Of a DNA stretch of 64,000 nucleotides, positions 10,776 to 21,643 are shown piece by piece (position 1 is the first letter of the stretch; the number at the start of each line of letters is the position of its first letter). The notes below the pieces were generated by a model. The model was not told where the DNA came from and did not search any database. It was given only the letters and a program-made list of their open reading frames with translations. Source of the stretch: an uncultured Desulfobacter sp. (lineage in GTDB: Bacteria; Desulfobacterota; Desulfobacteria; Desulfobacterales; Desulfobacteraceae); contig OY762069.1 in assembly GCA_963665095.1 (NCBI GenBank), forward strand, positions 288,001 to 352,000. The letters run 5' to 3'. The translations under genes and the position numbers were made by a program.

Positions 10776-10832
10776 GTGTATGCTTTCCTGATTTCTTTCT
10801 TCTCAAAGAGATCGTAGACTTTCGTAACAACT

Positions 10833-10874
10833 AAGGCGGCTGTTCCTGCAGAATATGCAGAGACAGCCGCCTTT
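10833..10874 (+). terminator. Rho-independent terminator
   Basis: AAGGCGGCTGT..ACAGCCGCCTTT hairpin after the MFS gene. Confidence 0.65.
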
Positions 10875-10962
10875 CAAAGTTGGTCAATTCCGTCCAACGT
10901 ATTGGTTTCCAACGCTGCAATGTCCTGCCCCCCTTATACGAAGAGAAAAAAAGGTTGCCCAT

Positions 10963-10979
10963 CTGGCACGACACTGGCT
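10963..10979 (+). promoter_or_regulatory. Probable sigma54 promoter upstream of the hybrid kinase
   Basis: CTGGCACGACACTGGCT with GG-N10-GC spacing and canonical TGGCACG. Confidence 0.5.
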
Positions 10980-11051
10980 ATGATAAAAAATTAACCCCTT
11001 TTACCTTTAAGACCGGTCAGATATTTTCCTGGACATGGGAGGGTATGTGAT

Positions 11052-14000
11052 GTGACAGCACTGGAGTATATAATGCATTTGCCAGCCCTGTATTTTTTTT
11101 GTTCATTGATTCTGTATAGCTGTCTGTACCCTGGCAATGCCTGTGCCCACATCCCGCCCATGGCTGACAAGGCGCAACTGGAGGATAGGGTTTGGGGGGA
11201 GGAAACACTTACCTTACTTGAGCGGCAGTGGCTTAAAAGCCATCCCGTGATACGGATCGGCGTCCACCCCAATGTGCCCCCCTTTGAATTTATTGACGAC
11301 CAGGGCCGCTACCATGGTATTACCCCGGAATATTTACGCCTTATTTCAGATCGGCTTCAGGTGACGTTTCAGCCGGAGTATAAAAAGGACGGCACCCCGT
11401 ATGCCTGGGACGAGGTTCTGGCGGCCGGTCGCCGCAGGGAACTGGACCTTATTCCCTGTATAGTGAAGACCGAAAGTCGTGATTTCCTGGAATTTACCCG
11501 TTCATATATGGATTTCCCCTGGGTTGTCATCACCCGTGAGGACCATAAGAAATCCGGGGATCTGTCCTATTTTGCCCGGGAGAAAGAGACCGTGGGGATT
11601 GTAAAATCCTATCCCCTTCACGAAGAGTTGGCAGACCGATATCCCGGCCTTAAGATCATTCCGGTTAAAGACTCCTTTCAGGGCCTGACCAAGGTGGCAC
11701 AAGGCCGGATGAATGCGTTCATCGATATTGCCGCCGTTACCGTGTATCTGATGAAAAAGCACGGTCTTAAGCAGTTGAAAATTGCCGGCTCTTTAAAGGA
11801 ATATGATACCATGCTGCGCATGGGAGTCAGATCAGACTGGCCGATTCTTGTGACCATTCTTAACAAAGCAATCGATTCTTTGACCCCGGAAGAGCAGGCT
11901 GTGATTCACAATCGCTGGGTCTCCGTTGAACTGACATCACAGATCAACTGGAAAAAGATTGCCACAGTGGTACTGCCCGTTATCCTGTTGGGGCTGGCTA
12001 TTCTCATGGTGATCCTGGCTGCCAACCGGCGTTTGAAAAAAGAGGTTCTGCTGCGGCGTCACGCAGAAGATGAGTTTCGCATCATTGCCGATTACACCTA
12101 TGGGGCGGAAAGTCTTCATGATGAATGCGGGAAGCTGCGCTGGGTAAGCCGGGCCGTGGAAGGTGTGACCGGATATACCGCACAGGAGTGCATGCAGATG
12201 CCTGATTATCCGGTGCCCATTATTATTGCCGATGATCTCCCCAAGTGGCAGGATGTCTGCCAGGCCGCCATGGACAACAGGGCAGGCAGTGATATCAGGG
12301 TCACTATACTGCGAAAAGACGGGGCCAGGCGTCAGGTCGCGTTATTCTGGAATCCTGTTTTCAGGAAAGACGATGAATTTTACGGTTTCCGCGTCAGCAC
12401 CTTTGATATTACAGACAGGCTTAAGGCTGAAGAGGCAATACGAAAAGGTGAGGAGCGTTTTCGTTTTATTCTGCTGGCTGCCGGAGCTGTTTACTGGCAG
12501 TATGACTGGGTCAAAAACCGGTTTATTTATGAACCCCTTCAATTCTTTACCCATTACGGGTATTCCCAGGAGGAAATTCCTGAAACCATAGAGGCACTTT
12601 ATGACCTGATGCATCCGGATGACCGGGAAAAGGTGGCCCTGGTTATCCGGAAACACGCCCGGGGCGACACGTTTTTCAGGGTTGACTACCGAATTGAAAA
12701 CAAGCTGACCAATGGCTACATCTGGCTGAATTCCTCCGGCAGACTGCTGGAAAAGGGTGCAGATGGCAGGTTTTCCATGACAGCCGGTCTTACCGTGGAT
12801 ATCACAGAACGACAGCACTTGCTTGAACAGATCCGGCAATCCCAGGAACGCTTAAGGGTCCTGGCTGAGCATACCCATGACTGGCAGACATGGCGCAGCC
12901 TTGACGGTGAATTGCTCTGGGTGAATAAGGCCATGGAGCGTATCTCCGGATACTCGATTGATGAGTACAAGGCCATGGGAGACAGTATTGTTGAGATTAT
13001 TGATGAGCGAGACCGGGAACGTTTCATTGAACACCTCCGGCGGGCGTCCCAGGGAGAGGCCGGGCAGCAGTGCCATGTGCGGTTTCATCGTAAGGATGGG
13101 ACTATAGCCTGGGTGTCGGTGGTGTTTGAGCCTGTTTTTGGCAAGGATGGGCAGATTATCGGAATTGCCAGTTCTGCAAAGGATATCACCGATCAAAGGG
13201 CGGCTGAACAGGAGTTGCGGTTGATGTCCAAGGTATTTGAAAACGCTGCCGATCCCATACAGATCCAGGATTTAAAGGGCCGGATCATAAACATGAATGA
13301 AACCTCCGTGAACATGTATGGATATTCCAGGGAAGAGGTTCTTGGCCAGCATGTCTCCATGCTTGTGGGGGAAGATACAATGCCGCGTGCCCGGGAGTTG
13401 TTTCATCGCTGCCTGAACGGGGAGATTATCCGTAATGTTGACTGGGAACGTAAAGGGAAAGACGGTAAGATCTATCCTTTACTGCTGACCATGTCCCTTT
13501 TAAAGGATGATGATGACAACCCCATTGCCGTGGCATCCATTGGGAAGGATATCAGTGATCTTAAAGAAGCTGAGAATAAACTGAAAGCATATAAGGACCA
13601 CCTTGAGGAGCTCGTGGAGAAGCGCACTGCAGAGCTGGTAAAGGCCATGCAGATGGTTCAGGCGGCTTCCAAAGTAAAAAGTGAGTTTTTGGCCAATATG
13701 AGCCATGAGATCCGCACCCCGCTCAATGCCATCATCGGGTTTTCCCATCTGGCAACCCAGACCCGGCTGGACGCCCACCAGCATGATCTGCTTGAAAAAA
13801 TTCAGAACAGTTCAACCATCCTTCTGGGGGTTATCAACGATATCCTTGATGTCAGTAAGATTGATGCCGGAAAGCTGGAGCTTGAGTCCACCACCTTTGA
13901 TCTGGATGAAGTGCTGAACAATGTGTCAAGCCTGGTGAGCCTTAAAGCCCGGGAAAAAGGGCTGGAGGTAATTCTGGATATTGAACCGGACACCTCCCAT

Positions 14001-15893
14001 ATGCTCGTTGGTGATCCCTTAAGGCTTGCCCAGATCCTGACCAACCTTGCCAATAATGCCGTGAAATTTACGGACAAAGGCCGGGTGGTCATGGGGTGCA
14101 GGGCCCGGAGCAGTGAAGCTGAACTGGTTGAACTGGAGTTTTTTGTCAGGGACAGTGGTATCGGATTAAGCCGGGAGCAGCAGAACAATCTGTTCCAGGC
14201 CTTTTCCCAGGTAGATACCTCCACCACCCGTAAATACGGAGGCACAGGGCTTGGGCTTTACATTACCAAGACGCTTGTGGAGATGATGGGCGGCCGGATC
14301 TGGGTGGATAGTGAACCGGGCCATGGCGCCACGTTTTTCTTCACTGTGTGGCTGCACACGACCCAGGATACCTCACTGCTTCCTGCACAGTCCGGTGCCA
14401 GGGACAGCCAGGGCCGGATTCTGCTGGTGGAGGATGACCCTTTATGCCGCAGAAGCATGAAGCGGGTGCTTGCCGCCATGTACTTCCGGGTTACGCCCAT
14501 GGATAATGCCCAGGCCGGTCTTGAGGAACTTGAAAGTGCCCTGGCGCAGGATCCCTATGATCTGGTTATGATGAACTGGAATATGCCGGGCATGGACGGC
14601 CTTGAGGCGTTTAAGAAAATAAGACACACGCTGAACCTGCCCTTGCCCTTTATTCTCATGATGTCTGTGTTTGACCGGGAAGACTTGGGAGAAAAGATTG
14701 ATAAAATTAAAATTGACGGATCTCTGGTGAAACCGGCGACCCCGTCGGCAATCCTTGATACCGTGATGACGGCCCTTGGCAGACAGTACGTTGCAACGCA
14801 CATTGCCTCACGCCTGTATGAGAACCTGCCCCCTGTTGAGGCCATTGCCGGTGCAAAACTTCTTGTGGTGGAGGACAACGAGATCAACCAGGAGGTGATC
14901 CAGGGGCTGCTGGAAAACCATGGATTTGTCGTCAGTCTCGCCGATAACGGGAAAAAAGCCTTGGCCGCCCTTGAAGAAAACAGCTATGACGCGGTGCTTA
15001 TGGATATTAATATGCCCGAGATGGACGGGTACACCGCCTGCCGGAAGATCAGAGAAAATATGAGCTTCAAATTTTTGCCCATTATTGCCACCACCGCCAA
15101 TGCCATGGCCGGCGACCGGCAGAAAGCGCTGGATGCCGGAATGAATGATCATGTGGCCAAACCCATTGATTTAAGAAATCTGTTGACTGTGCTGCGCCGG
15201 TGGATTGCCCCTGCCGGTAATGAGACACAGAGTCCAAAGGAGATGGGCCGGTCTGACAAGCGCAGCCCCTCCACATCTCTGGGGCTTGATACGCTGCCGG
15301 GCATTAATTTACAAGCCGGACTTGAGCGTCTGGGCGGGGATATTGCCCTGTACCGGGAGATCCTTCGAAAGTTTGCCTTAAATCAGGCCGGGGTGGCTGA
15401 GGAACTTCGAAAGGCACTGGAAACGGGGGATATTGAAACGGCCCGGGTACTGTCTCACACCATTAAAGGGGTGGCCGGAAATATCAGCGCAGACAAACTG
15501 TTCGTGGCTGCGGCCAAACTGGACAGGTCGTTGAGAAGCCAGAATATAGAAAGAGCGCTGGAACAGCTGCCGGTTTTTGCCTATCACCTGGAACGTATTG
15601 TCAACAGTGTTAAAGCCCTTGAAAACAACAATTCAAATAGTGCAGAAAATGATGGCGGTCTGGATTCGTTCGGTAAAATCAATTCGTTACTGGAATCACT
15701 GGCCCGTATGCTCAAGGCGAATGATACCGCAGCAAGGTCTGTCATGCAGGCGCTATCCGGACACTTTAAAGATCCTGCCGTTGAAAAGATATATGACCGG
15801 TTGGCCGGCCAGGTGAGCAGTTACGAATTTGAAGAGGCGAAAAAGAGCCTTGATACACTTTGCAGCATACTTGACATCAGGATTGAAAGGTGA
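11052..15893 (+). CDS. Hybrid sensor histidine kinase (periplasmic binding domain - 4 PAS - HisKA - HATPase - REC - REC - Hpt)
   Basis: [19 protein letters not shown]-box; NAVKFT, DSGIG and GGTGLGL boxes; two receivers; [11 protein letters not shown]pt; exact start uncertain. Confidence 0.92.
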   Translation: MTALEYIMHLPALYFFCSLILYSCLYPGNACAHIPPMADKAQLEDRVWGEETLTLLERQWLKSHPVIRIGVHPNVPPFEFIDDQGRYHGITPEYLRLISDRLQVTFQPEYKKDGTPYAWDEVLAAGRRRELDLIPCIVKTESRDFLEFTRSYMDFPWVVITREDHKKSGDLSYFAREKETVGIVKSYPLHEELADRYPGLKIIPVKDSFQGLTKVAQGRMNAFIDIAAVTVYLMKKHGLKQLKIAGSLKEYDTMLRMGVRSDWPILVTILNKAIDSLTPEEQAVIHNRWVSVELTSQINWKKIATVVLPVILLGLAILMVILAANRRLKKEVLLRRHAEDEFRIIADYTYGAESLHDECGKLRWVSRAVEGVTGYTAQECMQMPDYPVPIIIADDLPKWQDVCQAAMDNRAGSDIRVTILRKDGARRQVALFWNPVFRKDDEFYGFRVSTFDITDRLKAEEAIRKGEERFRFILLAAGAVYWQYDWVKNRFIYEPLQFFTHYGYSQEEIPETIEALYDLMHPDDREKVALVIRKHARGDTFFRVDYRIENKLTNGYIWLNSSGRLLEKGADGRFSMTAGLTVDITERQHLLEQIRQSQERLRVLAEHTHDWQTWRSLDGELLWVNKAMERISGYSIDEYKAMGDSIVEIIDERDRERFIEHLRRASQGEAGQQCHVRFHRKDGTIAWVSVVFEPVFGKDGQIIGIASSAKDITDQRAAEQELRLMSKVFENAADPIQIQDLKGRIINMNETSVNMYGYSREEVLGQHVSMLVGEDTMPRARELFHRCLNGEIIRNVDWERKGKDGKIYPLLLTMSLLKDDDDNPIAVASIGKDISDLKEAENKLKAYKDHLEELVEKRTAELVKAMQMVQAASKVKSEFLANMSHEIRTPLNAIIGFSHLATQTRLDAHQHDLLEKIQNSSTILLGVINDILDVSKIDAGKLELESTTFDLDEVLNNVSSLVSLKAREKGLEVILDIEPDTSHMLVGDPLRLAQILTNLANNAVKFTDKGRVVMGCRARSSEAELVELEFFVRDSGIGLSREQQNNLFQAFSQVDTSTTRKYGGTGLGLYITKTLVEMMGGRIWVDSEPGHGATFFFTVWLHTTQDTSLLPAQSGARDSQGRILLVEDDPLCRRSMKRVLAAMYFRVTPMDNAQAGLEELESALAQDPYDLVMMNWNMPGMDGLEAFKKIRHTLNLPLPFILMMSVFDREDLGEKIDKIKIDGSLVKPATPSAILDTVMTALGRQYVATHIASRLYENLPPVEAIAGAKLLVVEDNEINQEVIQGLLENHGFVVSLADNGKKALAALEENSYDAVLMDINMPEMDGYTACRKIRENMSFKFLPIIATTANAMAGDRQKALDAGMNDHVAKPIDLRNLLTVLRRWIAPAGNETQSPKEMGRSDKRSPSTSLGLDTLPGINLQAGLERLGGDIALYREILRKFALNQAGVAEELRKALETGDIETARVLSHTIKGVAGNISADKLFVAAAKLDRSLRSQNIERALEQLPVFAYHLERIVNSVKALENNNSNSAENDGGLDSFGKINSLLESLARMLKANDTAARSVMQALSGHFKDPAVEKIYDRLAGQVSSYEFEEAKKSLDTLCSILDIRIER

Positions 15894-15896
15894 CCC

Positions 15897-17003
15897 ATGA
15901 CCCATGATAAAAGAGTTGTTCTTGTGGTCGACGACACAGCTGAAAATATCGATGTGCTGGTGGGAACATTGCAGAACCAGTACCGGATCAAAGCCGCACT
16001 CAACGGCAAGAAGGCGTTGGAAATCGCCCGGGGGGAGGACCCGCCGGATATCATCCTGCTTGATATTATGATGCCGGGAATGGATGGCTACCAGGTGGCG
16101 CAGGCCCTGAAGGAGGATCCGAAAACAGCCAATATCCCCATTATTTTCGTCACGGCCATGGATGAAATGGAAAATGAGAAAAAAGGGTTTGAGTCAGGCG
16201 CTGTGGACTACATTCTTAAACCTGTCAGCCCGCCCATTGTCAGAGCCCGGGTAAACACACACCTGGAACTGAAAATGCACCGGGATCACCTGGAAGAGAT
16301 GATCCACCTGCGGACAAAGGAGTTGGAACTGACCCGTGAAGTCACTATCTCAAGTCTTGCGTCTCTGGCTGAAACCCGTGATAATGAAACCGGCGGCCAT
16401 ATCCGCCGCACCCAGTTTTACGTTAAAATTCTGGCAGAAACGCTTCAGTCGAATCCTGCATTTTCGCCTTTTTTAGATGACACAACCGTGGGCCTTCTTT
16501 ACAAATCAGCACCACTGCATGATGTCGGCAAGGTCGGCGTTCCTGACGCCATCCTGCTCAAACCCGGAAAACTTAACGATGACGAGTTTGAGGTGATGAA
16601 GAAACACACCGAGTTCGGCCGTGACACTATCCTGCGGGCCGAAGAGGGTATGGGGCATGAGCATGTGAGCGGGTTTTTGCGGTTTGCCCGGGAGATTGCC
16701 TATTCCCATCATGAAAAATGGGATGGAACCGGGTATCCTTTAGGGCTGACGGGACGGGAAATTCCTCTGCCCGGACGAATCATGGCAGTGGCCGATGTCT
16801 ACGATGCCCTGATCAGCCGAAGGGTTTATAAACCGCCCTTTTCCCATGCCAAAGCCAGGGGCATTATTCTGGAAGGCAGCGGTGCCCATTTTGACCCGGA
16901 TATCATCGACGCCTTCATGGCCCGGGAGGAAGGTTTCAGGCAGATTGCCCTTGAGTTTGCCGATCACGAGGAGGAACGCATTCTTTTGCAGCAAAAGGAT
17001 TAA
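15897..17003 (+). CDS. Response regulator with HD-GYP c-di-GMP phosphodiesterase domain (RpfG-like)
   Basis: LLDIMMPGMDG receiver; ETGGH, LHDVGK, HHEKWDGTGYP and ADVYDAL motifs. Confidence 0.92.
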   Translation: MTHDKRVVLVVDDTAENIDVLVGTLQNQYRIKAALNGKKALEIARGEDPPDIILLDIMMPGMDGYQVAQALKEDPKTANIPIIFVTAMDEMENEKKGFESGAVDYILKPVSPPIVRARVNTHLELKMHRDHLEEMIHLRTKELELTREVTISSLASLAETRDNETGGHIRRTQFYVKILAETLQSNPAFSPFLDDTTVGLLYKSAPLHDVGKVGVPDAILLKPGKLNDDEFEVMKKHTEFGRDTILRAEEGMGHEHVSGFLRFAREIAYSHHEKWDGTGYPLGLTGREIPLPGRIMAVADVYDALISRRVYKPPFSHAKARGIILEGSGAHFDPDIIDAFMAREEGFRQIALEFADHEEERILLQQKD

Positions 17004-17807
17004 TTTCTCCAGAAAGTGCTGGTATTTTTGCCTGCCTTTTTGGATTCATAAAGGGCCATGTCCGCTCTTTTGAATCACTCCCCGAAGTCTTTGGCTGGCT
17101 CAACATCCATGGCAATGCCGATGCTGACTGAAATACGGGTATGGGCAAACTGCCGGGCGAGCTGTGTATTGAAGTTGATCAAAAAAGACAGGTTTTCTTT
17201 TTATTCAGGACCACCACTTCCGACGCCAGGCAGATATATTCCCCCTTGGCATATTCGTCCGGTTCAAGGTCCCAGATATAGTAGTGCCCCCGGCCTTCGA
17301 CCATGGCCTTGGTTTTATTGACAGCCCGGCAAAAGCTGTTGTTGACTTTCACATGGGAGCCGCGTGCATCCTTGAACCAGATCAGGTCGGGCAGACTGTC
17401 TATGAGCGTGTCCAGATATCGCCGGTTCAGTATTAAATCCTCCTGTTCCTTTATATGTTTCAGAATCCTGGAAAAGGAAGCGCACACCTTGCTTTGGGTA
17501 AACGGTTTAACCCAGACCTGTTCAAAAAGATGGTAATTGTCGGCAAGAGCTGTAAAATTATTCGTTGAGAAACAGCCGATCACAACAGCGTTCTCCTCTT
17601 TGGCCAGAAAAATGTCCCCCAGGGACCCGGGATCAACCATGTCAAAATCAAGTATGATGATCCCGCATTGTTTCAGGTCGGCAAGTGTGATTTCCTGCCG
17701 GCTGAAAATCGATGGGCAAAATTGTCCATCGGTGGTACACCTTGAAGAAACATTTCCAGTTCAGAGTGCTGTGCTGCAATATAAATGTCTACTCTCCGGT
17801 GGTACAT
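17000..17807 (-). pseudogene. Degraded PAS-GGDEF diguanylate cyclase with internal deletion
   Basis: GGAG RBS and ATG 17807; frameshift near 17705; PAS motif DSLPDLIWFKD; then an abrupt jump to a GGDEF C-terminus (ISVSIGIA..RADMALYESK) that has an internal stop and no GGDEF motif. Confidence 0.7.
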
Positions 17808-18480
17808 GCCCGGCTCCTTGGCCTATGGAAATGACGGAACGTTATTTTGTATTTTACATATAAACTGAAAAGATGGCCATGGTTTAATCAAAGAATCAAG
17901 AAATGAAACATGGCTCAGATAATGGCGGTTATTTCATTGCACAGCATCATGTGCAGTTCGCACCTGCATATCCAAAGCAGTGATCGCTGAAACAGGGAAA
18001 AACAAGGCGGGTTCCCTAAGGCATTGCACAGAAATAAATTATGCAGATTGCGCCGAATTTTTATTCGTATTTAAGGCGGGGCAATGCGCGCATAACGAGC
18101 TATGTAAGTGTTGCCCCAACGAAAAATACGGATAAAAAGGCAAGCAAGATGTGTGATTTATTTTTTTGCAATGCCTAAGGGCCGCTATAAAAGAACGGTG
18201 ACCAACTGGACCGCAGTTTTTGCCGTTTAAAGGCGTACGTTTATCATTGACTCTGCAGAATGAAAGGTATAAGAGCAGGAGATGATGATAAAAATGATCA
18301 TATATCATCAGTAGCTTACAATCCATACCCGCACGTAACCCGGAACTGAAATATTGTAAGACCCCCCAAAAAAATGTTATTTTGTCTGTCAATCCACAGC
18401 CGGCTCAAACCTGTAAAACCGCCATCTCTAAAGTTCCGGCATTTGCTGATTTTATTCAACACCAACACCAAGGAGACCCC

Positions 18481-21400
18481 ATGGAAACCCTGACCCGGGA
18501 ACCTGTTTCAACAGGCTCTTATATCATTAACCAGGCACGACGTGTTAACCTGAACCCAAGTCTGCTCTATGAAGCGGTAATTGACCTGTCATCCGAAGGG
18601 CTGATTACAGCAGACTGTATCAACCGGGCAGCCGGTATTCTCCTCAACGATCTGGGCCTGCCGCCCAATTTTTTTGAAAACATTACCAAGGCTTTTTTAA
18701 AGCATATCCTGTCGTCCATTGCTAAAAGCCTGCGTGTCAGTGGCGACAGTGTGGATCTGTTTCCATGGGTGGCCGACATTGATTTCAGCCTTGCCCAGGG
18801 CCGGCAGGCCCAAAGGGTTCGCATCGCCACAAAAGAGACCCGGGATGCCATGGAGCTCCTTCTGGACAGCCAGCTGGTGGGCCACCGCAGGGAGTACTAT
18901 TATAATCCTGAAAAAGAGTACTACACCTATGTGTTCCGGCCCGAGACAGTGCTGGATATGCCCGAAGAAAAGGTGTCCGGGTCCCGCTTCCTTTTTGACC
19001 TGAACCGCAGATATCGCCAGACACCACGGCTCACCCGGAACCGGTACGAGCAGTTTTTAAAAACCATTGCCGGTCAGGTGACGCCGGTGATTGAGGTGTC
19101 CCGTCTGGCAGATATCGGTGAAACACGGTTTATGTTTAACTCGGATTTTGAAAAACCCCAGATGGCTGTCTTAAGACGGCTGTTTGCCGACCATGGCCTT
19201 ACGATCACCCAGGCCTACTGGGAGCCTTACAGAACCAAAACAGGCGTTCCCTCTTCCATCTGTTCCGTCTATGTCACGGGAAAACTGACAGGCACCGGTG
19301 AGAAGCTGATCATTGATGATCTGCGCGCCTTTTTAAGTTTCAGGATTTCCGGGGTCACAAAGCTATATGTGGACGGCAGCCTGAATTTCAGGCAGATGCT
19401 GTTTGCCGGTAATGCCGTGGATTTCACCCATATGTTTATATATAAGGAACGGGGCAACCACAGTGACCGGGAGATCATGAACAGCCTGGAAAAGCCGGAC
19501 CACAAGGCAGCCTTTTCCTCCAGGATCCACGAATCCAACAAGTTTACCTATGATTCGCGCACCATCCTTGAAACCGCCTGCGCCCATCCGGATCTGATCC
19601 GGCATCTGTTTGAACTGTTTGATAACCGGTTTAACCCGGCAGGCCCCTGTGATGCAGATGAGGACAGGCTGGAACAGGCCAGAGCTGAATTTGAGAAGAC
19701 CCTTTCCATCCGGTTCATGGACGATCCCCTGGACCGGGACATCTTCTCCTTTATGTTCAAGTTTATTGCCGCCACCCTGAAAACCAACTTTTACAAACCC
19801 GAGAAGCGCTCCTTTTCATTCCGGATGGACAACCGGGTTCTGGATCCCCTGGTGTTTGATCAGTTTGTGTTTGGCATTTTCTATGTCAACGGCCATTATG
19901 CCTGCGGTACCCACCTTCGGGCCGATGATATTGCCAGAGGGGGGCTGCGCATGATCCGGGTGACCCCTGCCAACCACTACAGCGAACTGGATAATGCGGT
20001 TCTGCTTAACTATGCCTTAGGCCCCAAGGCCCAGCGCCTGAAACACAAGGATATCTGCGAAAGCGGGTCCAAGGGTGTGGTGGTGCCCCATCCCCTCTAT
20101 GCCACCTACAGCATGGAAGCCCTGTATGACTATACCGACGGGATCATGGATCTCATGCTGCCCGATTTTAATGTGGTGGATCATTACAAAAAGCCTGAGA
20201 TGATCTTCTTTGGTCCGGATGAGGGCACTGCCCCCCTGATGGACAAAGTGGCCTTACGGGCAAGGGAGCGGGGCTATGATTACTGGCGCACCATCACCAC
20301 AGGTAAAAGCTTCGGTATCCCCCACGACACCTACGGGATACTGGACAATGGAGATGTGTTCGGACTGACTGCCCATGACGAAGAGAATACGGAACTTGCC
20401 GTAAATGGCGAGTCCCGGGTGATTACGTCGAATATGGACGAGATCTGGCAGCAGATCGGCAGCCGGGTGGAGATCAGCGGCATGACCACCACCTCGGTCA
20501 TGGGGGCGTTTCGTACCATGACCGGTCATTACGGGGCAAGGGAACAGGATCTGAACCTGATGATGACGGGAGGGCCGGACGGCGACCTTGGATCCAACGA
20601 GATTCAGTCATATAAGGGCAATATCTGTCTGATCATTGACGGCGGCTCCATCTTGTATGACCCGGACGGCCTGGATAAAGAGGCCTTGACCAAAATTGCC
20701 TTTATGCGCCATACCAGCCCCAGGGTCAATTCTTTGGGGTTTCCGGTGGAAAAGCTTGGGCCAAGGGGATTCCAGGTGCCTTTAAAGGCTAAGAACATCA
20801 CCCTTTCTGACGGGACCAAGGTGCCGGACGGGGCCATTTTCCACAGAAATTTCCTCTTTGATCCTGCCAACCGGAAATACATTGAACAGGCCAATATCCA
20901 GGCGTTCATTCCCTGCGGCGGGTTCAAAGATACCATCAACCGGGGAAATGTGGGGGCATTTGCCCGGAATTTTGCCGAGCTTAAATTCATTGTGGAAGGC
21001 GCCAATGTCTTTTTTGATGACGCGGCCCGGCGCTTCATTGCCTCATCCACCCCCATCAAGCAGATCAAGGACAGCTCTGCCAACAAGGGCGGAGTGTTCT
21101 CCTCTGCCGTGGCCGAGGTACTCACCGCCTTCCTTCTGGAGGACGATTATGAAGCGCGCCTTTTGGAGCATGTCCAGACCCGCTGGGCCCTGATCCGGGA
21201 TATCATGGATCTTGTGGCCACCTATGCCAGGCTTGAGGCCTCCATGCTGATCCGCATCCATGAGTCAGATCCCGCTGTGCCTCTGTTTGTACTGTCAGAG
21301 CGAACCAGCGAGCAGATTTTTGCCTTTCAGGCGGTGGTGGCTGAGCATATTGACCAGATTGTTGCGGATGAGGATCTTTTGTGGGCAGTGCTTAAAACCT

Positions 21401-21615
21401 ATATTCCAAACGTCCTTTCCCAAAGTATGGGACGGAATGCGATTTTGAATATTATGAACGCGGAAAAGCTTTTTTCTTATAGAAATGCAATAATAACGAA
21501 AAAAATGGCTTCCATGGCCTTCTACAGGCATGGTATGAATTGGGAGGCATATGTTCAGGAAGCAGCCGGCGATTTCGCCGGTGCCATGACTGATCTTTTC
21601 AAAAAAGACCAATAA
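18481..21615 (+). CDS. Large NAD-dependent glutamate dehydrogenase (Gdh2-like)
   Basis: ARGGLR, KHKDICESGSKG, FGPDEGTA, TGGPDGDLGSNEI, EGAN and NKGGV motifs; start reassigned to ATG 18481 after AGGAGA. Confidence 0.85.
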   Translation: METLTREPVSTGSYIINQARRVNLNPSLLYEAVIDLSSEGLITADCINRAAGILLNDLGLPPNFFENITKAFLKHILSSIAKSLRVSGDSVDLFPWVADIDFSLAQGRQAQRVRIATKETRDAMELLLDSQLVGHRREYYYNPEKEYYTYVFRPETVLDMPEEKVSGSRFLFDLNRRYRQTPRLTRNRYEQFLKTIAGQVTPVIEVSRLADIGETRFMFNSDFEKPQMAVLRRLFADHGLTITQAYWEPYRTKTGVPSSICSVYVTGKLTGTGEKLIIDDLRAFLSFRISGVTKLYVDGSLNFRQMLFAGNAVDFTHMFIYKERGNHSDREIMNSLEKPDHKAAFSSRIHESNKFTYDSRTILETACAHPDLIRHLFELFDNRFNPAGPCDADEDRLEQARAEFEKTLSIRFMDDPLDRDIFSFMFKFIAATLKTNFYKPEKRSFSFRMDNRVLDPLVFDQFVFGIFYVNGHYACGTHLRADDIARGGLRMIRVTPANHYSELDNAVLLNYALGPKAQRLKHKDICESGSKGVVVPHPLYATYSMEALYDYTDGIMDLMLPDFNVVDHYKKPEMIFFGPDEGTAPLMDKVALRARERGYDYWRTITTGKSFGIPHDTYGILDNGDVFGLTAHDEENTELAVNGESRVITSNMDEIWQQIGSRVEISGMTTTSVMGAFRTMTGHYGAREQDLNLMMTGGPDGDLGSNEIQSYKGNICLIIDGGSILYDPDGLDKEALTKIAFMRHTSPRVNSLGFPVEKLGPRGFQVPLKAKNITLSDGTKVPDGAIFHRNFLFDPANRKYIEQANIQAFIPCGGFKDTINRGNVGAFARNFAELKFIVEGANVFFDDAARRFIASSTPIKQIKDSSANKGGVFSSAVAEVLTAFLLEDDYEARLLEHVQTRWALIRDIMDLVATYARLEASMLIRIHESDPAVPLFVLSERTSEQIFAFQAVVAEHIDQIVADEDLLWAVLKTYIPNVLSQSMGRNAILNIMNAEKLFSYRNAIITKKMASMAFYRHGMNWEAYVQEAAGDFAGAMTDLFKKDQ

Positions 21616-21643
21616 TCATCCAAACGAACAGGAGACATGTAAC

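Noticed and set aside
17938..17955. NtrC-like palindrome TGCACA-N6-TGTGCA upstream of the GDH genes
   Set aside because: Spacing differs from the NtrC consensus and I found no sigma54 promoter downstream
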